Below are positions 7,755 to 17,900 of a stretch of 41,728 bases of DNA, piece by piece. Position 1 is the first letter of the stretch. The number at the start of each line of letters is the position of its first letter. This DNA comes from a virus. Lineage: Duplodnaviria; Heunggongvirae; Uroviricota; Caudoviricetes. Both the position numbers and the translations under genes were made by a program. The stretch lies in the IMG/VR virus record IMGVR_UViG_3300022746_000001; one strand, written 5' to 3'. The notes beneath the pieces are model-generated. The model was not told the DNA's origin. It did not search any database and saw only the letters and a list, made by a program, of their open reading frames with translations.

Positions 7755-8272
7755 GCCACTTCCATTTCCGCGCGTTGAACGTCAATAAGTTTGTTGAGTT
7801 GGTCGATGCGAGATACCTTGCCGGTTTCCCATTGGGCAACAGCTTCTGCATGCGCTGCGGCAATTTGCTCATTTAGAGCCGCGACTTGAGCCACCAGCTC
7901 TTCGTAGCCGGCGTCAATCTGTTCAGGCGTGAAATCCTCTGGAAATTCAGCTTGATCTTTTGAAGCGGCGACCAATGGTTTGGGAGTGGCTGGCGCAGTT
8001 TCGGTATTGATTTTCTTAATCTCCACTTCATACTGCTCGATAAACCATGCTTGTGCGCCGATGCCGTGACCATGCGGCTCAGAGAAGTCGGCTTCAAAGG
8101 CATCAAAGAATGTCATATCGGCAGGCACATTTGCTTCATCTATGATGAGATGCGGCAAACCTGCCGGCACATCTTTACGTGCAATTTCTTCAATTGAAAT
8201 TCCACAGTTAGGAGCTGGATAAACGATGGCAATGCCGCCACGTTCATTAGGGTAAATGATTACTTTATTCAT
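7751..8272 (-). CDS. Fibre chaperone-like protein
   Basis: VIIYPNERGGIAIVYPA..IEEIARKDVPAG N-terminus, directly after a fibre gene. Confidence 0.6.
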   Translation of the reverse strand: MNKVIIYPNERGGIAIVYPAPNCGISIEEIARKDVPAGLPHLIIDEANVPADMTFFDAFEADFSEPHGHGIGAQAWFIEQYEVEIKKINTETAPATPKPLVAASKDQAEFPEDFTPEQIDAGYEELVAQVAALNEQIAAAHAEAVAQWETGKVSRIDQLNKLIDVQRAEMEVA

Positions 8273-8287
8273 TTGCTTTGCTTTGAG

Positions 8288-9307
8288 TTAGCGGAAGATA
8301 TTAACGGACACATCTGGCGAATCGACGCGAATGTATCCATCATGTCGGGTGTAAATACGAAGAGAAGTCGTCGTTTTTACTCTGCCATAGTCGTAGTTTT
8401 CCAAACCCATCATCATGGCAATACCAAAGCTACCGTTTTGAACACTGCCGCCGATTGAGTAGTTGCTGTCAGGCATTGCGCTAGACATGCCAATGTCAAA
8501 ACAGCCTGTCGCAACACGGGTCAAGGAGGAGATGTTGCCAGAACCAAGAATGGCAACAGTTCCTTGTCCATTAAAATTCAACCAAGCGCGGCAACCGTAG
8601 GCTGTAGCAGAGGAGCCGAAGCCTGAGTTGAACATCATTACGCCGGCGGTATTAACTCGGAATTGGTTTACGTTGGCGTGCCAACCACCAATCAAGTCGC
8701 TTCCGGTAACACCCGCTTGTGAAGTTGCCAGCAAAGCGGTACACCCGCTTGCACTTGCTCCCAAATTGGCCGCAATTGCGTTTTGCGTATTGTTTGAATA
8801 CACGGAAAAACGCTCACCGTAAGTGGCTGAGTTTGTATTGATAAATACGTTGCCGTTTGCGTCAACAGCAATTGGTAATTCCTGCACATCACCAGCACCC
8901 GACGTGTTACGGCCAAGCACCTTGCCAGCAGAAACTTGTTGCATCTTGGCGTAGGTGACAGCGTTGGCTGCCAAGTTTGTAGTACCTACTGCGCCAGCGG
9001 TTGTAGCCAGCTTGCCAGCGAGAAGAGTATCCGTCTCACCTTTGCGGTAAGTGTCAACCATCGACACAGGCCAGCGAGCTTTAGCTTTAAATTCCTCACC
9101 AGCCGCGCAAGCCGTATTCAGAATAATTGTTGTGCCGTTGGTCGCTGTGTAGTCGGATGAAGCCAGCTCAGTACCGTTAATCAACACATCGACGTAGCCA
9201 GGCAAATACCCGCCATCAGGCGAGAATGTGGTTTGGCCTGCGGTCGCAATCTTTTCAGTGACCGTTTGAACTGTCTGGCCGAATGGTGGAACACCTACGT
9301 ATGACAT
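8288..9307 (-). CDS. Tail fibre / receptor-binding protein
   Basis: ATAGQTTF..GY.PG.VDV..NG..L...DYTATNGT beta domain, AVTYAKM shaft repeat and RAWLNFNG tip. Confidence 0.82.
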   Translation of the reverse strand: MSYVGVPPFGQTVQTVTEKIATAGQTTFSPDGGYLPGYVDVLINGTELASSDYTATNGTTIILNTACAAGEEFKAKARWPVSMVDTYRKGETDTLLAGKLATTAGAVGTTNLAANAVTYAKMQQVSAGKVLGRNTSGAGDVQELPIAVDANGNVFINTNSATYGERFSVYSNNTQNAIAANLGASASGCTALLATSQAGVTGSDLIGGWHANVNQFRVNTAGVMMFNSGFGSSATAYGCRAWLNFNGQGTVAILGSGNISSLTRVATGCFDIGMSSAMPDSNYSIGGSVQNGSFGIAMMMGLENYDYGRVKTTTSLRIYTRHDGYIRVDSPDVSVNIFR

Positions 9308-9310
9308 TAG

Positions 9311-9574
9311 TTACTCCGTCTTCGGGAATTTGTTTTTGACTTCTTCAATGGTCGCTTTCCAGGCGTCGTAGCCGCCGTGGTAAAGAGTGTCCAATTGATC
9401 TTGAATGCTTGGGTATGCTGCGGCGCGTTGATACTTGTATTCGTTTGGATCGACCCAGGCATCGACTTTCTTCATGTCGATTTTGACTCTCTTACCCTCA
9501 ACATCAAATGCGCCAGCTTCGCTATCGACGCAGACGACATTTGGATATAAAGCATAAATAGCAGCGTGATTCAT
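9311..9574 (-). CDS. Small fibre chaperone-like protein
   Basis: EYKYQRAAAYPSIQDQLDTLYHG...W.A.I.EVKNKFPK motif. Start reassigned to ATG 9574 (ATGA overlap with the upstream stop). Confidence 0.75.
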   Translation of the reverse strand: MNHAAIYALYPNVVCVDSEAGAFDVEGKRVKIDMKKVDAWVDPNEYKYQRAAAYPSIQDQLDTLYHGGYDAWKATIEEVKNKFPKTE

Positions 9575-10164
9575 CCCGCAATCTCCATCAATGTAATTTG
9601 ACTTGGCGCCGTAAAGCCAAGCGCGTTTCCAGTGTTGTATGAGCCGCCAACAATCGACGCCACGCCACCCTCGGAACACATCTGCACGCCATAAGTAATT
9701 GGCGACGTAGTGCCAGGGCTGTCCAGAAATTTCAAACTATGACAAGATGGATACCAGTAGGCTGGAGTTCCGCCTCCGGCACCAGCTTGAGTTAGGCCAG
9801 TTCTGGCGTCGCCTAAGTCGATCGCAGAACCATTACGAACCAAGCGCGTTATCGTTTGATATTGCCCACTGCTGTTGCCTGCGCAAATGTAAGCGGAATA
9901 CATAACCAAAATCTTGCTTGTTGTAGATATTGGTGTAATCGTCGCTGACAGACCAGTAATGTCTACAAATGTTGGAGCGGCGCTCGCGGCGCTAAAAGAC
10001 GAAGTCTTGTTTGTTTGAACAACTTGCAGAATCGCGCCAGCGCCGAAATTGGCACGAGCTGCGCCAGCACCCATCTTTGCAGCCGTTACCGCTGCATCTA
10101 AAAGATCATTCGTGGTAATTGCGCCATCTTGAATGCTCTCTGTTTTAATTCTACTCAGTGCCAT
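9571..10164 (-). CDS. Short tail fibre-like protein
   Basis: AVTAAKM repeat, GAILQVVQT..., FVDITGLSATITP.STTSKILV domain and ITLMEIAG C-terminus. Confidence 0.75.
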   Translation of the reverse strand: MALSRIKTESIQDGAITTNDLLDAAVTAAKMGAGAARANFGAGAILQVVQTNKTSSFSAASAAPTFVDITGLSATITPISTTSKILVMYSAYICAGNSSGQYQTITRLVRNGSAIDLGDARTGLTQAGAGGGTPAYWYPSCHSLKFLDSPGTTSPITYGVQMCSEGGVASIVGGSYNTGNALGFTAPSQITLMEIAG

Positions 10165-10166
10165 TT

Positions 10167-10526
10167 TTATTTTCCTGCCTGTTCAACTGCTTTCCAGCTA
10201 ATTGTTTCTTCATCCCACGCATAGAATTTGTCATCATTTGGGTACGCAACGGGAGGAATCCAGAAGCATGTCTCCTCATCCAGAACCCAACTTGGAGCAA
10301 ATTTTGGCGGTATGAAGGCGTCTCTTTGCCGGTCATACGTATAGCCAATACCTGCAAAGTTCTTTCGCAGAGGTGTGCCCCCATTTGCGTGAACGCCACC
10401 AAAGGTGTTGTACGAAGTCTGAATCCATTCCCCAGGCGAAGTGTCTATGAACCCATCGAAAAATTCAGGCTCCGCAACAATAACCTGCGTAACGACACCA
10501 TCGACCACTTTTGCAAAATGTCCCAT
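10167..10526 (-). CDS. Partner protein of Gly-rich fibre (chaperone-like)
   Basis: MGHFAKV..GVVTQVIVA...WIQTSYNT...RKNFAGIGYTYD..RDAFIPP motif, commonly adjacent to Gly-rich phage proteins. Confidence 0.65.
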   Translation of the reverse strand: MGHFAKVVDGVVTQVIVAEPEFFDGFIDTSPGEWIQTSYNTFGGVHANGGTPLRKNFAGIGYTYDRQRDAFIPPKFAPSWVLDEETCFWIPPVAYPNDDKFYAWDEETISWKAVEQAGK

Positions 10527-10534
10527 AAAATTCC

Positions 10535-11857
10535 TTACGCAGTTAATGTTCCAGACGATGTAAACGTGTGAATTGTGTATCCGTTTGCGGACGTAACTAT
10601 TCCACCCACCGCTCGTTGAATACCAAGGTAGCGAATTACAACCACGCCGGAACCACCAGCGCCGCCGTTATACCAACCGCCAGCGGAATCTGAACCCGCC
10701 CCGCCGATGCCTCCGTTACCAGTGTTGGCAGAGGCAGACGATCCACCATACGAGCTTGAGCCGCTGTTGTACGCTCCGCCAGCTCCGCCAGCAGCGTATG
10801 TAACAGCCGACCCAGTGTAGGAGTTAGAAATTCCATTACCGCCAGCCGTACCAGAACCGTAATTAGCGTTAGCCGTGAAGTCGGCGCCTGCACTACTGGC
10901 GCCACCTCCGCCACAGCCAGATGCGCCACCGTAAGTTCGGTTTCCGCCTCGATAGCCCTGACCTGCGGTTCCAGCGCCGCCAAGAGGCAAACCATTACTT
11001 GCTCCGCCGTTGCCGCCGCCAGAGCCACCAGCAGAAGGTGTGGTATTCCATCCGCTACCTCCACCACCTCCGCCAACTGCCGCAGTTAAAGAGCCAATCT
11101 GACTGTTGCCACCATTACCACCACGGACGTTTGCTGATCCGGCGGAGCCACCCGCGCCAACAATTACGTTATAGGTCGTGCCAGGGACAAGGCTCAGTGT
11201 TTGCGTTAGTACGCCACCTCCGCCACCTCCGCCACCACCGTTACCGATGTTAGTTTGAACATAGCTGGAGCTGGCGCCGCTACCGCCGCCGCCTGCAACA
11301 ACCAGCGCGTCTGCGGCGTAATAAGAGTCTTTTGCAAAAGGAACCCAATTTCCCGTCACTAGGTCGTACCACTCTGGCGCGCCACTAGTGCTGTTCAATC
11401 TATACATTCCCGATGCAGGCGAAGCTGGTCGCTGTGCTGTCGAGCCTACGGGCATCAGAGCTGCACCAGTGCCGTCTAAGTTTGCAACGTCCATTTTTGG
11501 GGCTGTTACAGAGCCTGAACTTAATTTAGCTGTCGTCACTGCCGCATCACTCAACTTGGCTGTCGATACAGAACTATCAACTGGCACCAATGAGCCAATT
11601 GGCATGTCGAGGTACGTAACGTAGATATTGCCTGTGCCGGCGCTAACTGTTTCAGAAAACGTCAAAGTTTTGCCGCTTACGGAATAGCTGCCGTCGAACG
11701 GAGACTGTTGGACGTTGTTAACCACAACCTCAATGTCGCTTGTCTTTGCCACTGAGCGTGACAGCGTGTATGTCGCAGAGCCGCCGTTGAACGGCTCAGA
11801 TTGAACGCCCGCAAAGGCGACTGGCAGAGGGGCGGCAGATGAACCGATGTAGGCCAT
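10535..11857 (-). CDS. Glycine-rich tail fibre-like protein
   Basis: N-terminal beta domain, three VTTAKL-type 10-aa repeats, then LVVAGGGGS...GGSGVVVIRY Gly-rich domain. Confidence 0.8.
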   Translation of the reverse strand: MAYIGSSAAPLPVAFAGVQSEPFNGGSATYTLSRSVAKTSDIEVVVNNVQQSPFDGSYSVSGKTLTFSETVSAGTGNIYVTYLDMPIGSLVPVDSSVSTAKLSDAAVTTAKLSSGSVTAPKMDVANLDGTGAALMPVGSTAQRPASPASGMYRLNSTSGAPEWYDLVTGNWVPFAKDSYYAADALVVAGGGGSGASSSYVQTNIGNGGGGGGGGGVLTQTLSLVPGTTYNVIVGAGGSAGSANVRGGNGGNSQIGSLTAAVGGGGGGSGWNTTPSAGGSGGGNGGASNGLPLGGAGTAGQGYRGGNRTYGGASGCGGGGASSAGADFTANANYGSGTAGGNGISNSYTGSAVTYAAGGAGGAYNSGSSSYGGSSASANTGNGGIGGAGSDSAGGWYNGGAGGSGVVVIRYLGIQRAVGGIVTSANGYTIHTFTSSGTLTA

Positions 11858-11859
11858 GA

Positions 11860-12186
11860 TTACACCAAGTAGCTTGCAACTGCGTCGATAGACGATGCGG
11901 CGCTTGAGTAGGCGGTAATGGTGTCACCAGCTTCAAGCACGACCTTTTGATCGCCACCCACGATTACCAGCGCACCGCCGGCAGGGACGATCGCATCCTT
12001 AATCAGAAACGAACTCACGCCACTTTGCTTGTTCAGCTTTGCGGAGACTGTCACTGCGGACGTGACGACATTGCACAGCGACATGCCGATGACTGTCTGT
12101 GTTGCGCCTGCTGCGACTGTGTCTGTAACCACTGTTGGCGTAGCGGCTACGTTAATGCCAGGGGTTGCTTTTGATTTGAATGCCAT
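11860..12186 (-). CDS. Small virion structural protein (hypothetical)
   Basis: Beta-rich, with KVVLEAGDTI motif. Lies in the tail module. Confidence 0.7.
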   Translation of the reverse strand: MAFKSKATPGINVAATPTVVTDTVAAGATQTVIGMSLCNVVTSAVTVSAKLNKQSGVSSFLIKDAIVPAGGALVIVGGDQKVVLEAGDTITAYSSAASSIDAVASYLV

Positions 12187-12196
12187 TGTTTAGTCC

Positions 12197-12514
12197 TTAT
12201 CCCAGGGCAATCGCCATTGCGGTTGCGAAGTCTGCTGAAGCCATAATGTCAACGCCATCAACCTTGTCGGCGTCTGGTGCTTTACCCACAGCACCGTTGA
12301 AATCCATCATCAGCTTCCATGTGTTCGGGCCTGTTGCGGTCAGAATGAAAAGCTGTTGCAAGTCGGAGCGAAAGCAAGGCATGCCAACCCACACGTTCGC
12401 GGTTGGGAAAGCTGTGCCAGAGTTTTGGGAAATGGCCGTTGCCAAGTTGTCCAAAATCAATTGGCGAGACTCGGTGAGAGTCTTTGTATCTGGAATGTCC
12501 TGATAGCCTTGCAT
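12197..12514 (-). CDS. Tail-associated hypothetical protein
   Basis: NSGTAFPTAN..VGMPCFRSDLQQLFIL anchor-like motif. C-terminal ATAMAIALG. Confidence 0.7.
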   Translation of the reverse strand: MQGYQDIPDTKTLTESRQLILDNLATAISQNSGTAFPTANVWVGMPCFRSDLQQLFILTATGPNTWKLMMDFNGAVGKAPDADKVDGVDIMASADFATAMAIALG

Positions 12515-12523
12515 TTGTTATCC

Positions 12524-12569
12524 TAAGTCAGTAGTGACTGATTGTATAGAGTTTTTGGAACGTCATCAA
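12524..12569 (-). promoter_or_regulatory. Promoter TTGATG-N17-TACAAT with operator TAAGTCAG-TA-GTGACTGA (12524-12541) over the start site
   Basis: Read from the sequence. Confidence 0.72.
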
Positions 12570-14404
12570 TAGCCTTGTGCAGACCATGAAACGACGCCGG
12601 AAAGACGCGCACCTGTTTGGGGGTTTTCCAGAACAAGCGTGAATCCACCGTCATCTGGCGCAATGACTCTGGGAACCGCCAGTACCGTGCCGCCTTTGAG
12701 CGTAGCGGTAATTTCTGGCGTAACGTGGAAGCCACGAGTGAATGTGACACGAACTCCCGCAGCCGCCTGCGCAGCCGTGATCGTCACCGAACCAGTTTCA
12801 AACACATCGGGCACGTCCACAAAAACCTTCAACTCATTCAATTGAGCGCGGTCTTCGTTTACGGACTTCAAAACGGCGCGGAAAATGGCCTGTTGGTACT
12901 CGTGATCGCCAGGGATGAAGTCGCGGAACTCGGTGAAGCCAGGCGCTCTACCTGCTTCAATGACCTGAATGAACGAAGCCAATGTCAGAGGGTCAGTCGA
13001 GACGATCATGTCCGAGATTACCCCGTTGGCGTGGCGGCGATACTCATCAAAGATGGCGAGGGACTCGACCTTTGACAGTGTCGTTGCTTTCGCCAGCGCA
13101 TCATGGACGCTGATGTTCTCTTCAAGGTAGACGTGGTAGCTAACGGCACGACCCATCAATTCCATGATGGCGACAATTTCGTTGACCGCTAGTGTGATTT
13201 CTTTCTGGAACAGAGTTTCAACAACACCTACCTGCTCTGCGAACGCCATATCCACGTTATTGCTGTTGGATTCGGCAACATTTACGCTCTCGAAGACGCC
13301 CTTTTCAACCATGCGCTGAAGCGCTTCCGAGACTTGCAGAACTTCGAACTGCGACTTTGTCAAATCCTTAGCTGCCAACTCAGCGACATGGAATTGCTCA
13401 GAGACTGGCTTTGTGAAGTTCTTTACTGGCGTCTCGGCGACGTTCAGCGACTCCGAGATGTTCGAAGTGAACTGGCGCTTGAGTGCATCGACTAGATGCA
13501 AAGCGTCGGCAAAGTTCTTTTGAGCATTGCGTGAGGCGACTTCTTTAATCTTGATTTGTTCGAGGCGTGGAAGCGTATAGTCTTTGACTAATGTTTCCTC
13601 AATGCCGATAGTTTCCATCACTCGCAGAATGAAGGAAATGTGATCGACGTAACACTCTGCAATTCCAATGGTCTCAAATGTGTTGAGAACCATATCGCGG
13701 AAATGACTGTCGGTCAGGTTAAATGCCTCAAATGCAGCTTTTGTGAAGTCGTTGTGGGCTTTGTCGGTCAAACTAAAGCTCTCGGCGCGCTGCATTGTCA
13801 TGTCTCGTGACAGGCGATCTGACATAGAAACCGCTTCTGACAGCGCCATTGTTGCGTCGAACTTCAGTGCGTCAGACGTGTGAATGGCGTCTTTTAACGA
13901 CAGCAGAGAATCGCGCTTGAGTGCGTCAGACAGACCGATAGACACATTCGTTACAACGGTTGCGTTCTTTGCGATGGCGTCGGACATGGCAAAGCTGTCC
14001 GCGAGCTGCTTAGTGGTGTTCTTCGACACATTGTCAGAAAGCGAGAAGCCATCTGCCAGAGCGATTTGCCCTGCTTTAGCGATTGCGTCGGAGGTGGAAA
14101 TGGATTCGCCAACACTCTTGCTGGCATCTTTTCTCAACGCCTCAAGAATGTTGAGTGCGTCGTAAACATACTTGCCAATTTGCCTGTTCGAGCCATCGAC
14201 AATGCCGAAGCTCTCAGAAAATGGTCTTGTGAAATTCTTTGCGGGAGTGTCAGACGTGACAAAACTCTCGCCAACGGCGAGGTTGAAGTTTACGGTGCTG
14301 ATGTTCGCCCAAGTCGCTGTCGCTTTAGACAGCGACCAGGGGTAATCAGCGGACGCCCACTTTAGCGGCGTACCCGCAGACGAGCCGACGCTAACGGTGG
14401 TCAT
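12566..14404 (-). CDS. Tail fibre-like protein with about 23 tandem 18-aa repeats
   Basis: Units such as ASKSVGESISTSDAIAKA, GQIALADGFSLSDNVSKN and TTKQLADSFAMSDAIAKN. C-terminal beta domain. Confidence 0.75.
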   Translation of the reverse strand: MTTVSVGSSAGTPLKWASADYPWSLSKATATWANISTVNFNLAVGESFVTSDTPAKNFTRPFSESFGIVDGSNRQIGKYVYDALNILEALRKDASKSVGESISTSDAIAKAGQIALADGFSLSDNVSKNTTKQLADSFAMSDAIAKNATVVTNVSIGLSDALKRDSLLSLKDAIHTSDALKFDATMALSEAVSMSDRLSRDMTMQRAESFSLTDKAHNDFTKAAFEAFNLTDSHFRDMVLNTFETIGIAECYVDHISFILRVMETIGIEETLVKDYTLPRLEQIKIKEVASRNAQKNFADALHLVDALKRQFTSNISESLNVAETPVKNFTKPVSEQFHVAELAAKDLTKSQFEVLQVSEALQRMVEKGVFESVNVAESNSNNVDMAFAEQVGVVETLFQKEITLAVNEIVAIMELMGRAVSYHVYLEENISVHDALAKATTLSKVESLAIFDEYRRHANGVISDMIVSTDPLTLASFIQVIEAGRAPGFTEFRDFIPGDHEYQQAIFRAVLKSVNEDRAQLNELKVFVDVPDVFETGSVTITAAQAAAGVRVTFTRGFHVTPEITATLKGGTVLAVPRVIAPDDGGFTLVLENPQTGARLSGVVSWSAQGY

Positions 14405-14430
14405 ACCGCTTGTCCTTCAGTCAGGTTGAC

Positions 14431-14880
14431 TTAGGACAGGGTGAAGGTGAAGACTGTCGTCAGAGAGTCGTCAACGCCTTTGTTCACCACTGGGAACACG
14501 ACGCGATCCAGCATGGTGCCAACGGAAGCGGCATTGAAGATACCTGCTTCAGTCAAAGCGCCAGTTGCGTCACCAGCAGGGAAAGTAGACGTAAATGTGA
14601 ACGCCTTTGTGCCAGAGGTGTGCGCGTACACGGCGACGTTACGCTTAATCTCTGTCACGAGTGCAGTTTGTGCTGTGGCTGCGGCGGTTGTACCTGTACC
14701 GACAGCGGTGTAACCCATCACGGATGGACGGCTAGACGACTTGCCAATTGCGTCGGCAATGAAGTCAAAGCCAACGTCAACGATGATGTTGTCTTTTTGG
14801 GTCACTTCAACAGTGCCATCTGCCTTGGTCAACATCAGCGTCAGGGCGCCGTGCAGTTTCAGGGTATCTTTGAGTTGCAT
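14431..14880 (-). CDS. Tail-associated structural protein (hypothetical)
   Basis: N.IV..G...IA.......AVGTGTTA...QTAL..E...LTEAGIFNA.....MLDR.VF.VVNK pattern seen in fibre-anchoring proteins. AAGGAG RBS. Confidence 0.75.
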   Translation of the reverse strand: MQLKDTLKLHGALTLMLTKADGTVEVTQKDNIIVDVGFDFIADAIGKSSSRPSVMGYTAVGTGTTAAATAQTALVTEIKRNVAVYAHTSGTKAFTFTSTFPAGDATGALTEAGIFNAASVGTMLDRVVFPVVNKGVDDSLTTVFTFTLS

Positions 14881-14908
14881 TAAAAGCTCCTTGTTTAAGG
14901 TTGTGGGA

Positions 14909-14937
14909 ATTCTAAGTCACTTGTGACTGATTTGCAA
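14909..14937 (-). promoter_or_regulatory. Promoter TTGCAA-N17-TAGAAT with operator TAAGTCAC-TT-GTGACTGA (14913-14930) in the spacer
   Basis: Read from the sequence. Confidence 0.78.
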
Positions 14938-14940
14938 GCG

Positions 14941-17900
14941 TCAGTAAAGAGCCAATTTTGTGAATGGGCCGATTGGCGCATAGGGTTTCTCGTCAGCCCC
15001 AATGGATTTACCGTCCATTGAGCCAACCAGAAGACTTCGTTTACTTCCGTCCTGGGAAATGCCGATGCACAGCTTGTCCCCAGAGACGAAAGTGAATGGG
15101 ACTGTATTTTGCTTTCCGAGGTTATCTTCCAGCTTGAAGGCGCCATCGTGAATGCTATAGAAGACCTTCAGCCAACCAGAGCCGCCCGAAATCGTGACGA
15201 TATTGGCGTCTGTGACTTGAGCAGGTGTAACCCAGAAGGTCTTGCTAAACCATGTCGGAATGTCCACATTCCAATCCACGAAGGTTGTGTCTTGCACATT
15301 CAAGCCTTGACCGTAGCGCCCTTCCCCGTAGCTGACGCCCAAGTGAGTGGATGCGACACGGTTGCCGATACTATCCAAGTTACCATTCAGGCGCCAACCA
15401 TCTACGTCCGTCGGCAGTAAGCCAACATCTGTAGCGATCTGGTATAGCGCCGAAATCGAGTTATCGTCAGCGGCTGGACGCCACTTGCGGTTCGACTTCA
15501 GACTTCCCCATGAGAAGTTCGCGTTATGCCAAACCAGCGTACTTTCGTAAGCGACCGAGTCCATTGCGGTGAACAGGGTGTTTTGCGCGCGGAAGCGAAC
15601 CGGCAGCACTACGTCAAACAGGTATTCGGCGCGAGAGACGCCTTCGTCCATTACCAAGGTGTCGCTAACTACGCTTGCGCCATGTGTGACGCCTGCAAAG
15701 TTCAAAGTCTTACGATTAGATTCAACCAAGACGTTGGTGTTTTGCGGACGTGTTACGCCGACGTTGATGAAGACTGGAGTATCGCTGTAGACGCCTGGGG
15801 CGACGATAGCCTTGATCCAGAACGTGCGAGTACCGTCAGCGCCAGATGGCAGCGTGTAAGTGGTCGCCTTGACCTGCGTGACGAACTGGCTAGTGCGCCA
15901 AGCTGTGCCCTCGCGCAGCTCGTAACCAACAATGTTGTTTTCAGTGTTTGCCAGCCAACGGAATTCCAGGCGATTTCCAGACTGAATACAGTCGAACTGG
16001 CTTACCGCTGCTGGCGCGTCCAATGGCAACGTGAATGTTGTCACGTTGTCGGAATACAGACCGCCGGAGTCGAGTGAACGAATGTGATAGTGATACACGC
16101 CAGGATTGTCCTGATCGTGCGTAATCATCGTGCCTTTGAAATTGGCAATGACGATCGTACCTGAGTCCCAAGATGGGCCTACTCGAACTTCATAGCCGGA
16201 CACGTCAACGTCCGTTACCGCATCCCAAGTCAATAGCAAGTCGGTTGTGCGGCGCGTCACTTGGAAGTTCAGCACGTCGCCTGGGGCCGTGGTCTTGCCC
16301 TTTGGCAGATAGCTACCCGTGACGTTCACTGAGCGCTTGCCAAAGGAGTTCATCGACACAAGTTGGAACTCGTGCATTGACTTGCGGACGTTGTCAATGT
16401 CAATCGAGGTGTTCGATGTAGTGATTGTCTGCCATGACGTAGCGTACTTACCAGTGCGGCGCCAACGAATCTCGTACTGCGGCATGGTGCAAGTCCATGA
16501 CAGCGCCAACTTTGTACCGATCAGTCCAGGCGCCACCTCATAGGTATGCTCCTCGATGATGAAGTTAGTCGGCGTCGTAATGGCGTTTACGTCAATCACT
16601 GACGTTTTTGGCTCTTCTAGCTTCAGACCATTTTCAATGGCGCCAAACTTGGACGAGTTATGCTCGATTGCCGTCACGACAAACTGCTTGGTGTCCAGAC
16701 CGTCTTGAGCTACCGAGATGACGCGCGCCAGCAGTGGCGTCAGTGATGCTTCTGCCATGATCCAGACAGCGTTTGCGACTGGCTGTGCCGGCAGTGGGCT
16801 TACCCACGTCAGCGTTGAGTGTGTGCCGGCGCCTTGAATGACGGGGCGATCTGTAAACGTACCATCCGGCAGGCGAATCGAGATAACTGCGCCAGGGCCA
16901 GTCAGGGTGACTGGAGCGTCCAGATTGGCAGTTGTCGTTGTGCAGCCTGTCAGTCGGCCACCCATACGCTTGCCGGCGCGGAAGGTGTCGTGAATCTTGA
17001 TGACTTCGCCTGGCACAACCATCGCAGCATCAAGCCCCACCTTGAACTGAATCATGTCTGATTCAAGGCGCTCTGTGAACAGCAACCAGCGACCGGCGCG
17101 GTTTGCTTGACCACGGCTCGTACAGCCAAAAGCGACCATATCGGTCTTGCGGATACCGACCTTGGCGATCGCGTCTGTGTCTTCGACGTATTCGATCTTT
17201 TGACGGTACTTGTCATTTGGATCGTTCCAAGTGACGTTCACGACTGAGTGGCGATCTTTACGCGCGGAGCCTGTGTAGTTAAATACGCCATCAATGACGT
17301 TTGAAGGCGTAAATACGGCACTGGTGTCTGTTGGGCTATCTTGCGTAAAGCCAACAATGCCACCGTTCCAGTAAGCCATGCCACGGAATGCCGAGGTCAG
17401 GTCTGAAATCAGCTTGTAGGCTTCTGCTTGTGCCTGAACGACTGTGTTAACGACAAAGCGCGGCTCAACGCCGCCAAAGCCGTTCGGCACCATCTCGTCA
17501 CAATACTTGCCGATTTGGTACAGCTTCGCTTTGTCAACTTGGGAAGGTGACAAGTAATTACCAAGACCGTAGCGTGTATTCGTCAGCAAGTCGTACAGCA
17601 CCCACGCAGGGTTGTTCGAGATTGCCGTCTTCATGCTGCCGTTCCACACGCCGCTATAGGCTCGTGTGGTCGGGTTGTAGTTCGATGGCACTTGAATGTA
17701 GAGGCCGTCTACCAAGTACGAGCGTGAAGGAATGTGAGAGAACTGGGCCGAGTCGATACGAATGCCAACCAGCGCCGAGTTCGGGTAGCTCAACTTCGCG
17801 TTGACAATTTCGATGAAGGAGTCGAAGTACGTATCGTTCGAAATGGATGCTGACGATGCGTCACCTGTCAGACGAACCATCTGAATGTTCCAACTCACTG

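Noticed and set aside
6455-11857. Diversity-generating retroelement or invertible fibre switch
   Set aside because: No reverse transcriptase or invertase in the window, no template/variable repeat pair seen, and all fibres share one orientation.
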